DNA of 64,000 nt from an uncultured Verrucomicrobia subdivision 3 bacterium (GCA_903872345.1 CAIQKM010000174.1:8019-72018); one strand, 5' to 3'; numbered from the stretch's first letter, positions 1 through 7,528 are shown. Notes: a model not told the origin generated them from the sequence alone. A program made the numbers and translations.

Positions 1-421
1 GCTGGAACTGGCCACCGTGGCGTTTGCCCAACCCGGCGAAATGCAGACGGAACGCGATTTCAATGAACAAGGCGAAGGCAGCAACCCCGACCGTGTGATG
101 GGCCGCGCCGCCCGGCGCGGCTACAAGTGGTTCTCCTTTGACCTGCCGGTGGATGCCGGCCATCCGATGGCCCTGGTCATCACCTACCACAGTGATGAGC
201 GGTACAAGCGCACCTTCGACATTCTGGTGAATGGCCAACGCCTCGTCAGCGAGGTGGTGCAGAAAAATGGCGAACCCCATTTCTTCGACCGCGAATACGC
301 CCTTCCCGCCGAGCTGGTGAACGGTCGCCAAAAAGCCACGGTAAAATTTGTCGCCACCGGCGGCAATCAAATCCCGGCCGTCTTCGGCATCCGCATGATC
401 CGCGCGGACGCGGCGAGGTGA
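1..421 (+). CDS. 3' end of a CDS entering from upstream. It encodes a C-terminal beta-sandwich-like domain of a probable glycoside-hydrolase-associated protein; a GH127-type C-terminus is only a guess.
   Basis: The frame of ORF 17..421 stays open to the window edge, with stop TGA at 419-421. A terminator-like hairpin lies 100 nt downstream. The family guess rests on a recalled C-terminal pattern (KATVKFVATGG...VFGIRMIR) and is unverified. Confidence 0.6.
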   Translation, partial: LELATVAFAQPGEMQTERDFNEQGEGSNPDRVMGRAARRGYKWFSFDLPVDAGHPMALVITYHSDERYKRTFDILVNGQRLVSEVVQKNGEPHFFDREYALPAELVNGRQKATVKFVATGGNQIPAVFGIRMIRADAAR

Positions 422-520
422 CCGCGCCTTCCGCTGAGAATCCCAACGGGATTCCGGCCCAAAGCCCAGGGTTGCGAGGAACGAGCTACCCTGGGTGTAC
501 GCCCCTAAAAGCATCATCAA

Positions 521-545
521 CCGCAACGCGGTTGCGGCCTTTTTC
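521..545 (+). terminator. Rho-independent terminator candidate
   Basis: Stem-loop CCGCAAC-gcg-GTTGCGG (521-537) followed by CCTTTTTCC, downstream of the CDS ending at 421. Confidence 0.55.
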
Positions 546-591
546 CCGCCGATTTCTGGAACTGGGAACTGAATACAAATAATGGTGTTGT

Positions 592-634
592 CGCTCTCCC
601 TCACCCAACCCTCTCCCCAAGGAGAGGGCTTTTT
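592..634 (+). repeat. Intergenic palindromic repeat, copy A: CGCTCTCCCTCACCCAA + CCCTCTCC-ccaa-GGAGAGGG + CTTTTT
   Basis: 8-bp GC stem (609-616 / 621-628), 4-nt loop, then a T-tract. An inverted second copy lies at 718-755. Confidence 0.7.
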
Positions 635-717
635 CCCTGGCACGTTTTCTGTTCATTCGCCCACCAGTGTGAACAATCCAGCCGCTTGATTTGCGAAAAA
701 GGGCGGCAACCGTTTCC

Positions 718-755
718 CCCTCTCCTCGGGGAGAGGGCCGGGGTGAGGGCGAGCG
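718..755 (-). repeat. Intergenic palindromic repeat, copy B, inverted relative to copy A
   Basis: The reverse complement reads CGCTCGCCCTCACCCCGG + CCCTCTCC-ccga-GGAGAGGG. The stem matches copy A exactly and the 5' flank matches about 14 of 17. Confidence 0.7.
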
Positions 756-785
756 TCACACCAAAATTCCGGCTTCCGATTCATT

Positions 786-865
786 CCGTAGCAGCCGACG
801 TGAGGAGGCTCAAATATTTTCGGGAACTGATTTATTATAGAGCCTCCTCACGTCGGCTGCTACGG
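786..865. repeat. REPIN-like inverted doublet, copy 1
   Basis: Arm CCGTAGCAGCCGACGTGAGGAGGCTC (786-811), a 28-nt spacer, and a perfect inverted arm GAGCCTCCTCACGTCGGCTGCTACGG (840-865). It lies 13 nt downstream of the minus-strand stop at 879. Related copies are at 45118, 57305 and 63985. Confidence 0.85.
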
Positions 866-878
866 CGAAGGAATTGCC

Positions 879-3599
879 TTATTGCCCCGCGAAAACATTC
901 CCGAGCAATTTGGGCTGTTTGGGCAGTTTTACCGGCACATCAAACCGCCGGTCCGGCCAGAACCACACCCCGCCATCGCCGGACAGGGCCACGATGCCCA
1001 TGTCCATGGCGGTGATGGCTACCCAGTCATTATAATTCCCCAAGCGATACGGAACCACCTTGGAACTGTCGGTGTAATCTCCGTCCGGAAAATCCCAGCG
1101 CCAAAGCGAGCCATCCGCATTCAGCGCCACCATGTCATAATAATTGGCCGCCACCGCCACCCAATTGGTTCCCGTGCCGCATTGCTGATCTCCGACCTCT
1201 TGAACTGCGGCCACATTAACAGAATTTGCCTGAAACATCGGCTTGCTCGTCCACAACGTGCCATCCCGATGGATGATGCCCTGCCGCTGGGAAATGGCGC
1301 AGCGGCGGAAATCCACGCCGTCAAAGCGGGCTACATGCTCAATATTTGTTTGGTGGTTGTTGTCATACCGACTGATCCGCCAGGCAGTGCCATTGGCCCG
1401 GGATGCCATGGTAGCGAAGAGATCGCCGCCCAACTCCTGCCAATCGGTGTTGGTATTCATTTGAGCGGGTTTGAAATTGTTCAGGCTCGGCCAGCCGGCA
1501 TTCCAGCCGCTCACGAAGACGTCCCCGCGTGAATTCCAACTCCACAGCGTGCCATTGGTTTTTAACAGGAAAACCCCGGACCAGTTCACCATCACGCGCC
1601 GCCAGTCGCTTTCCGTACCCACTTGGGTCATCCGCTGATCTGTCCAGTTGCCGTCGGCGGACAGTTCCGATATCCAGAGTGAGCCGTCGTCTCGAACGCC
1701 GATCACATGGTAGCCATGGTGCGCCGGGTTGAAATATTCATAAGTGTCCTTGGAAAAGAAATTCAAGGATCGGGCCGCCGTGGAAATCCAATTGGTGCCG
1801 GGCAGCATTGTCTCGGTGCCAACGCTCCTGGGCAACGGAAACAGCAAGATCCGGACAACCCCTTTGAAGATTTCCCAGTGCCGGTCTTCCCGTCCATCAT
1901 ATTCCAGCGCGGTCAAAGGGTCGAACACCGCATCCAGCCAGACCCGGCGATCGGACAGCCGCACACACAAAGTATCCCGGAAGTTGCTGATCGCGGGCGG
2001 ATCGGCCAGCGTGAGCCGCGCCGGCCCGTGCGCGGGTTCGGCCGGCTCCAACACTTCCCACGCGCGGTTATACAGCGCGGTGGAAAGCACGAAACAGCCG
2101 CCCAGCGTGCCCACAATGCCGATCACATTGCGCTGCCACATCCGCTTGCGCTCCTGGAAGTATTTAAAATTGTGCAGGGCCAGCCACGGCAGCAGCCACA
2201 GCCCGGCCAGGACCATCAGCACATACGTGAGCTTGGGACAGAGTTCGATGCCGCCCAGCGTCTCCAATGTATCCACCAGCGGGAACAGGAAGAGACTGAG
2301 CACCGCCGTGACCACCGCAATGCCCAGAGCCTGCAAAAAGTTCCGCGCCAGCGACGAGGCAAATACGCTCACCAGGGTCAAGCCAAACGCCAGCAGCACA
2401 ATGATGGTCCAGAAACAGAATGGTCCCCGGAAATCGAAGACACCGCCGCGACTGTCATTGATTGCCTTGAGAAAATCGCTGGGGATGCCCAGCCCCGCCG
2501 CCACATTCTCCAAGAACATGGGCATCACTCCGCCCAGCACTATCCCGAACACCAGCACCGGTAAAAATTTCAGCACGAACTGGCGCCGCCGCGACACCGG
2601 CAGACAGAACTGCCCTTCAATCACGCCCAGCTTGCGTTCCTCCGCAATGGCCATGCAGCCCAGCACCACCGGCATGACGAGCCAGAACGCCCAGAAAAAT
2701 TCAGAGATAGGCTCCAGCAGCGAACCATTTTCAAAATGCGGGTGCAACGCCCGCAGCAACAGCACCAAGATGTGCAGGATCAGCAGGGTGCCCATGCAAA
2801 ACAGACTGATGCTGTGCAGTTGAAATTCCTTTTTGAGCAACGCCCGGAGCGGCCGGCGACGGCGATGCGATGCCCCGGCTTCCGCCCGGCCTTCAAAATA
2901 GCGCCAGCGCGACAGATTAATAACTCCACCCGTCCAGGCCACATCCTGCGCCCGGTAAAACAGCCGGCGCGCGAGCCAGAATCCGCCCAGCGAATAGCCC
3001 AGCGACAGGACAATGAGAAAGGACGTCCCGAGGTGTTCATCATCCGCCCATTTGGCCGGCACCACGGCAGGCACCACCAGGCTCAAGCCCATGAGGATCG
3101 CCAGCGGAATCAGAAAAGTAATCCAAAAGGCCGCCGACGCCTGGCGCAGCAGCAGCGAGACCCACAGCCCGCCGCTCAACGCAACCAACATGGCAATGAT
3201 ACTGCCGACCAGCCAGACGCCCCAGTCCGACCACGTACGTGCCATGGCCCAATTGACCGCGTGCTCGGACGAAACCGCGCGGTGCAGCCAGAGCGCATAA
3301 CTGGCCACATACGCCACAAAAATGAACCCCGCCGCCGCCGCCAGCACGGTCATCTTGGTACGCCAGATGGTGCGCCGCTCCACCGGCTGCGCCATGAGGG
3401 ATAAAAACGTCCCCCGCGTGAATTCTCCGCCGAACGAGTCCACGCCGATAATGACCATGCCAAAAAACAGGGTCAGCGGCCCGAATATCAGCGTCCAGTC
3501 CTCACCGTTGCCCAGCCAGGGAATCGCCACCTCCAGCAACAGCACCGCCAGCCAGCCGGGCGCCAGCAGCCGCATTTCCTTTTTGGCCAGCACAGTCAT
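879..3599 (-). CDS. ABC-2-type transporter permease (multi-pass membrane domain) fused to a C-terminal RCC1-like beta-propeller of about 400 aa
   Basis: The long ORF is 879..3662. The start chosen is ATG 3599 (MTVLAKKEMRLL), which overlaps the upstream stop as ATGA. The N-terminal ~500 aa are dominated by hydrophobic helices. The C-terminus has repeated DG(S/T)LW.W and (T/N)DW blades (DGSLWISE, NGTLWSWN, DGTLWTSK, DGSLWRWD, DGGVWFWP). Confidence 0.85.
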   Translation of the reverse strand: MTVLAKKEMRLLAPGWLAVLLLEVAIPWLGNGEDWTLIFGPLTLFFGMVIIGVDSFGGEFTRGTFLSLMAQPVERRTIWRTKMTVLAAAAGFIFVAYVASYALWLHRAVSSEHAVNWAMARTWSDWGVWLVGSIIAMLVALSGGLWVSLLLRQASAAFWITFLIPLAILMGLSLVVPAVVPAKWADDEHLGTSFLIVLSLGYSLGGFWLARRLFYRAQDVAWTGGVINLSRWRYFEGRAEAGASHRRRRPLRALLKKEFQLHSISLFCMGTLLILHILVLLLRALHPHFENGSLLEPISEFFWAFWLVMPVVLGCMAIAEERKLGVIEGQFCLPVSRRRQFVLKFLPVLVFGIVLGGVMPMFLENVAAGLGIPSDFLKAINDSRGGVFDFRGPFCFWTIIVLLAFGLTLVSVFASSLARNFLQALGIAVVTAVLSLFLFPLVDTLETLGGIELCPKLTYVLMVLAGLWLLPWLALHNFKYFQERKRMWQRNVIGIVGTLGGCFVLSTALYNRAWEVLEPAEPAHGPARLTLADPPAISNFRDTLCVRLSDRRVWLDAVFDPLTALEYDGREDRHWEIFKGVVRILLFPLPRSVGTETMLPGTNWISTAARSLNFFSKDTYEYFNPAHHGYHVIGVRDDGSLWISELSADGNWTDQRMTQVGTESDWRRVMVNWSGVFLLKTNGTLWSWNSRGDVFVSGWNAGWPSLNNFKPAQMNTNTDWQELGGDLFATMASRANGTAWRISRYDNNHQTNIEHVARFDGVDFRRCAISQRQGIIHRDGTLWTSKPMFQANSVNVAAVQEVGDQQCGTGTNWVAVAANYYDMVALNADGSLWRWDFPDGDYTDSSKVVPYRLGNYNDWVAITAMDMGIVALSGDGGVWFWPDRRFDVPVKLPKQPKLLGNVFAGQ

Positions 3600-4507
3600 G
3601 CGTTCCCCTTTTTTAGAATGTTGGAGGCCACGAAGATTTCTTCCAGTGAAAGCGATTCGCACTGCAATTCTTCGGGCGACTGCGCCTTCAGAAATTCCAG
3701 CAGCGCCTCGCTGTTACCATTCGCCAGCACTTCCACTTCGCGGCCGGTTTGCTTCACGCTCAAGGCACCGGGCAGGTTCAGAGCAGACGGCGCCTGCGCG
3801 AAGCGCGCGCGGATTTTGCGGAACCGGTCGCGTGCCTGATCCGACTCCATCGTCAGCAATTCGCGCCCGTCCTCGATGATGGTGAATTCGTCAATCAGCC
3901 CCTCGAATTCGGAAATCAGATGCGTGGAGACAAACACCGTGCGGTGCTCGGGATCGCCGGATTGATACGCGCCAATGACCGTCTCAATGAATTCGCGCCG
4001 GACAATGGGGTCCAGTCCGCTTGTCGGCTCATCCAGCACCAGCAGTTCCGGTTCCGGCGCAATCGCGCCGATGAGCGCGAGCTGCGTGCGCTGGCCTTTG
4101 GAGAGGCTGGAGGTTTTTTTCAGCGGGTCGAGTTGGAAACGGTTCAGCAGGTCCGTTTCCAGTTCGCGATTCCAATGCTGGCGGAACGAGGCCAGATATT
4201 CCAGGGTATCGCGCACGCTCATCCACGGGTAAAACGCCACCATGTCCGGCACATAGGCCAGCCGCGCCTTCACCGCCACCTCCGCGCGCTGCGGGTTCAG
4301 ACCGAACACGCTGACCGAGCCGGAGTTCGGCCGGAGCAGGTTCAGCAGACACTTGATGGTGGTGGTCTTGCCCGCGCCGTTGCGGCCAAAAAAGCCGTAG
4401 CAGCGGCCGGGTCGCACGCTCAAGGACAGGCCGTTCACGGCGTCGTGCTTGCCGTAGCTGCGCCGGAGGTCCTTGATTTCGATGACTGGATTCGTGGAGT
4501 TGCTCAT
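3596..4507 (-). CDS. ABC transporter ATP-binding protein
   Basis: Walker A GRNGAGKTT, signature LSKGQR, Walker B LLVLDEPTSGLD. The start chosen is ATG 4507 (MSNSTNPVIEIKDL), because the upstream part of ORF 3596..4660 overlaps the GntR gene. The stop is coupled to the permease start. Confidence 0.92.
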   Translation of the reverse strand: MSNSTNPVIEIKDLRRSYGKHDAVNGLSLSVRPGRCYGFFGRNGAGKTTTIKCLLNLLRPNSGSVSVFGLNPQRAEVAVKARLAYVPDMVAFYPWMSVRDTLEYLASFRQHWNRELETDLLNRFQLDPLKKTSSLSKGQRTQLALIGAIAPEPELLVLDEPTSGLDPIVRREFIETVIGAYQSGDPEHRTVFVSTHLISEFEGLIDEFTIIEDGRELLTMESDQARDRFRKIRARFAQAPSALNLPGALSVKQTGREVEVLANGNSEALLEFLKAQSPEELQCESLSLEEIFVASNILKKGNA

Positions 4508-4547
4508 GAATTCCCTTTGGCTTGAAAGTTGACCGGGGTTTGACTGC

Positions 4548-4946
4548 TTAAGTGTTTTCCTGCGACTTGCGTTCGAAATAATCGAGCCGTTCCCGCACCA
4601 GCGCCAGAAACGCCTCGCGATCCACCTGAAGGTGGTGCGCCGTGACCACGGCTTCGTCAATCTCCGTGAGGAGTAGCTTGTGTTTGACCTGCTTGGTAAA
4701 GGGCGACGTGTTCTCCTTCAGAAAACACCCCTTGCCCGGGACGGTCTCGATGACTCCCTGGTTTTCCAGCTCGGTGTAGGCCTTGGCGATGGTGTTGCGG
4801 TTCACCCGCAGTTCTTCCGCCAGCGGCCGGATGCCCGGGAGCGGATCGCCCAACCGCAGCGCGCCCGAGGCCGCCGCGTACCGGATCTGATCCACCAGTT
4901 GCAGGTAGACCGGCTTGCCGGATTTGAAATCAATCTGAAAGACCAT
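4548..4946 (-). CDS. GntR-family transcriptional regulator, YtrA-like short subfamily
   Basis: 132 aa with an N-terminal winged HTH (LPGIRPLAEELRVNRNTIAKAYTELENQGVIETVPGKGCFL) and a short C-terminal helix region. It is first in an operon with the ABC ATPase and permease, the classic YtrA arrangement. Confidence 0.9.
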   Translation of the reverse strand: MVFQIDFKSGKPVYLQLVDQIRYAAASGALRLGDPLPGIRPLAEELRVNRNTIAKAYTELENQGVIETVPGKGCFLKENTSPFTKQVKHKLLLTEIDEAVVTAHHLQVDREAFLALVRERLDYFERKSQENT

Positions 4947-4956
4947 AACGGTAATA

Positions 4957-4980
4957 ACTGTCCTATGACACTAGGACAGT
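4957..4980 (-). promoter_or_regulatory. Candidate GntR (YtrA-type) operator
   Basis: Perfect 9-bp inverted repeat ACTGTCCTA-tgacac-TAGGACAGT, 11-34 nt upstream of the GntR ATG (4946). It overlaps the putative -10 element. Confidence 0.55.
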
Positions 4981-4996
4981 ATTTAAAAACCGTCAA
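4968..4996 (-). promoter_or_regulatory. Sigma-70-like promoter candidate for the GntR-ABC operon
   Basis: On the minus strand: TTGACG (4996-4991), a 17-nt spacer, then TAGTGT (4973-4968). This predicts a very short leader to ATG 4946. Promoter consensus in this lineage is not known to me. Confidence 0.4.
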
Positions 4997-5027
4997 GGGA
5001 TTTTTTTGCGGAGGGTGAATTATGGGA

Positions 5028-5690
5028 TCATTCCCATCCGTGCAGCGATTCGTAGCGGAAGGTCATGTCATTCGTGTCATAGCCCTTGTACCACCGGGCA
5101 TGACCGTCGGAGAAAGCGATGTTCTGGCCCTTGGCATGAGCCTGCCAACCCAGGGCCGGGGTGCCGTTGACGGGGCCGCCGACGCAGTTCTGATCATAGT
5201 CATCCTTGTCGGAATCCACCGGGCTGAAATCCAGGGTGTCGCCGGAGAGCACATAGGCGGTGGGAAACATGATGCGGGATTCCACCACGGCGGCGCGCTG
5301 GTTGCCCGCGTCAATATAAGCGGCGCGGACGCCATTAAAGAAGTTGAAGGCGGACTGCTGGCTCTGGGGAATGAGCCGGTTGGCCGGGCAACGGTAAATG
5401 TTGGTGTTTTGCACGTAGGAAATGATCTGCTGCATCCAGCTTTGCACGGGCGTCACGGGGTCGGTGGCGCCCCAGGGAATGACGCCGGCGGATTCGGGGA
5501 AGCGGCCGCTGTTGTCATCCGCAAACATTTTCAGGCCGAGCGTAATCTGGTGCAGATGTCCCTGGCACTGGGCGCCCCACGCCCTTGTCTTGGCCGACGA
5601 CAGCGCCGGCAGCAGCAACGCCGCCAGAATGGCGATGATGGCAATGACCACCAGCAATTCAATCAAAGTAAACCCGCGCCGGCCTTTCAT
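5028..5690 (-). CDS. Prepilin-type N-terminal cleavage/methylation domain protein with an H-X9-DG motif (type II pseudopilin-like, DUF1559-type)
   Basis: N-terminus [31 protein letters not shown]-terminal [12 protein letters not shown] fits H-X9-DG. Confidence 0.9.
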   Translation of the reverse strand: MKGRRGFTLIELLVVIAIIAILAALLLPALSSAKTRAWGAQCQGHLHQITLGLKMFADDNSGRFPESAGVIPWGATDPVTPVQSWMQQIISYVQNTNIYRCPANRLIPQSQQSAFNFFNGVRAAYIDAGNQRAAVVESRIMFPTAYVLSGDTLDFSPVDSDKDDYDQNCVGGPVNGTPALGWQAHAKGQNIAFSDGHARWYKGYDTNDMTFRYESLHGWE

Positions 5691-5771
5691 AAGTTATGAG
5701 GTTAGACACCGGGCGGGGGAAAACGTTTCAAATATTTTTGCAGGGCAAGGAGATGGGCGAGGATGGGGAAA

Positions 5772-5806
5772 CATCCAACGCCCAACAGCGAACAACCAGC
5801 ATCCAA
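5772..5806 (-). repeat. Five tandem degenerate heptamers (TTGGNNG type)
   Basis: The minus strand reads TTGGATG CTGGTTG TTCGCTG TTGGGCG TTGGATG. It lies about 80 nt downstream of the stop at 5886. A similar 3-unit array is at 60495-60515 (+). Confidence 0.6.
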
Positions 5807-5885
5807 TGAAGGGAAAAAATCGCGGTACAACTATGGCGGTTACGGGGGGATGGCAAAACAGCCACTCCCCCCATCCAAATTTCAC

Positions 5886-6698
5886 TTAAAACCCGCGCAG
5901 GTCCGTGCTGCTGCGCTTGGGCAGGCCGGGCGCGGGGGTGCGCTTGAGGACGAGGTATTCGATGCCCATTTGCTGGCAATATTCGCGCTTGCCGCCTTTG
6001 TCGCCATCTTCGTTCACGGCGTAGATGTCCGGCTTCAGGCGGCGGATTTCGGGGTCGGCATCCAGCCAGCCATCGCCGCTGGAGATGATCGCCTCTTTGA
6101 CGTATTTGATGGAGCCGACGACATAGCGGCGTTCGTCCTGGGTCAGAAGCGGATGTCCTTCGCCCTTGAGGTGGCGGATATTGGCATCGTGGCCGAGGCA
6201 GACATAGAGGTCGCCAAAGGCGCTGGCCTCCTCGGTGAAACGCACATGGCCGGAGTGGAACCAGTCGTAACAGCCGGTGACGATGACCTTCTTTTTGCCC
6301 GGCGCGGAGGGCATGGGCGGCGGTGCGGGAAAGCCTTTCAATTCATCGGCGCTGAAGACGCGGTAGGCCAGTCCGTGCCGCCGGGCAAAGGCTTCACGGG
6401 CGGCATTGGCGGTGGCGGGCACATCGGCCCAGAGACCGGCCGGCAGATTGGCGGGCAACTCGTCCACGTTGGCGGTTTCCGCCAGGGGGATTACGTTACT
6501 AACGTAGCGAACGGCGTTGAGGAAATAGAGCCGTTCGGCGAGCGGGAATTTGGGGGCTTTGCCGGTAAGCCGGCTGATCGCGGCATCCGGCCAGAGCAAC
6601 ACGGAGAGTGCGCCCAGCTTGGCGGCTTCTTCCAGAAAACGGAGGTCGCGTGATTTGATGTCGTCGAATCCGCCGGAGACAATGATGGGAGTGGGCAT
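5886..6698 (-). CDS. Tandem cytidylyltransferase-fold (HIGH-type nucleotidyltransferase) protein. The N-terminal copy is degenerate; the C-terminal copy has an intact HxGH.
   Basis: The C-terminal half (KKVIVTGCYDWFHSGHVRFTEEA...GHDANIRHLKGEGHPLLTQDER) resembles RfaE domain II, TagD and ECT-type transferases. The N-terminal half (IIVSGGFDDIKSRDLRFLEEAAKLG) keeps the fold pattern but lacks HxGH. Confidence 0.8.
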   Translation of the reverse strand: MPTPIIVSGGFDDIKSRDLRFLEEAAKLGALSVLLWPDAAISRLTGKAPKFPLAERLYFLNAVRYVSNVIPLAETANVDELPANLPAGLWADVPATANAAREAFARRHGLAYRVFSADELKGFPAPPPMPSAPGKKKVIVTGCYDWFHSGHVRFTEEASAFGDLYVCLGHDANIRHLKGEGHPLLTQDERRYVVGSIKYVKEAIISSGDGWLDADPEIRRLKPDIYAVNEDGDKGGKREYCQQMGIEYLVLKRTPAPGLPKRSSTDLRGF

Positions 6699-6702
6699 GG
6701 GT

Positions 6703-7509
6703 TTACTTTTTGGCTGAGGGATTGGTCCGCACCTTCACCTGAAAAGCGCCAGGTACGGGTTCATGAGAAACAACGATCAGGTAGCCGCCGCCGCAGCCGG
6801 AATACATGGCGCCCAGGTACTGGCGTTGATACGCCTTGAGCAGGGCCATGAGGTCCAGCCGAAGCAACGGATGCCGGACAACATGGGGCAGCAACGTCTC
6901 CCAGCATTTCATATTGAGGTTCAGGGAAGCGCCAAGAGCGGCGGCATCGCGCTTCACGATGGCGTTATAGCAATCCTGGCCGGACTGACCGAGCTTGGCA
7001 ACCCACTTGGGCGTAAGATTTTTCTCACCCAGCGGGCTGTAGCCGTCCGGCCGGGGTTCGACCGGGATTAGGTAGAGCACTTTTTCGAGCCAGCGCGCGA
7101 CTTTGGCCGAGTTGCAAGATTCCACGTGCGAGGGGAAGACTCCCCCATGCACGTTGAAATCGTAGTCCAGACGATTCACGCCGGGATAGATGAGCCCGAT
7201 CATGTCCTGCGAGCCGCTGGGGTCGGTCTTGCCCTTATTTTCCGCCTCGTACAATTCGCGGACGAGTTGATCCAGCGGCCGGTTGGGCAGTTTGCCTTTC
7301 CAGAGCTTCATGGCAATCGCGCGGGTGCCGCTGGCAATGCCCGACCGATCCATGGGCCGGAAATCGGCCTCGATCTGCACCACCACCATGGAGCCGGGGG
7401 GCTTGGGGTTGTGCTGCGAAACAAAGGGCTGGTCAATCCAACCGCCCGCCAGTTGCAGGCGGTTGGGAATGGCCCCGAGATAGGCGGCGACCGACGCGGG
7501 CTTCTTCAT
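6703..7509 (-). CDS. GHMP-kinase-family sugar kinase, fucokinase/HddA-like and short
   Basis: RLQLAGGWIDQP matches the N-terminal motif of fucokinase-type GHMP kinases. SGIASGTRAIA is a degenerate motif II. GSQDMIGLIYPG corresponds to the GGWQDQ region. SGCGGGYLIV is motif III. There is a 4-nt gap to the next gene. Confidence 0.65.
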   Translation of the reverse strand: MKKPASVAAYLGAIPNRLQLAGGWIDQPFVSQHNPKPPGSMVVVQIEADFRPMDRSGIASGTRAIAMKLWKGKLPNRPLDQLVRELYEAENKGKTDPSGSQDMIGLIYPGVNRLDYDFNVHGGVFPSHVESCNSAKVARWLEKVLYLIPVEPRPDGYSPLGEKNLTPKWVAKLGQSGQDCYNAIVKRDAAALGASLNLNMKCWETLLPHVVRHPLLRLDLMALLKAYQRQYLGAMYSGCGGGYLIVVSHEPVPGAFQVKVRTNPSAKK

Positions 7510-7528
7510 GATTATTTTTTAATATGGC

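Noticed and set aside
686-1015. A 109-aa ORF spanning the intergenic repeats and running into the permease gene.
   Set aside because: It is translated straight through the palindromic repeat and REPIN elements (GERAGVRAS..., AADVRRLKYF...) and overlaps the 3' end of a real gene. It is a repeat-derived artefact.
3600-3662. N-terminal extensions of the longest ORFs in the track: 879..3662, 3596..4660, 7529..9169, 11327..12430, 13204..14430, 22059..22904, 39560..42370, 45254..46201, 55363..57300, 57469..59961, 62269..63972.
   Set aside because: The extensions overlap upstream genes, terminator hairpins or repeats. Internal starts give proper signal peptides or domain N-termini, and several coincide with ATGA coupling.
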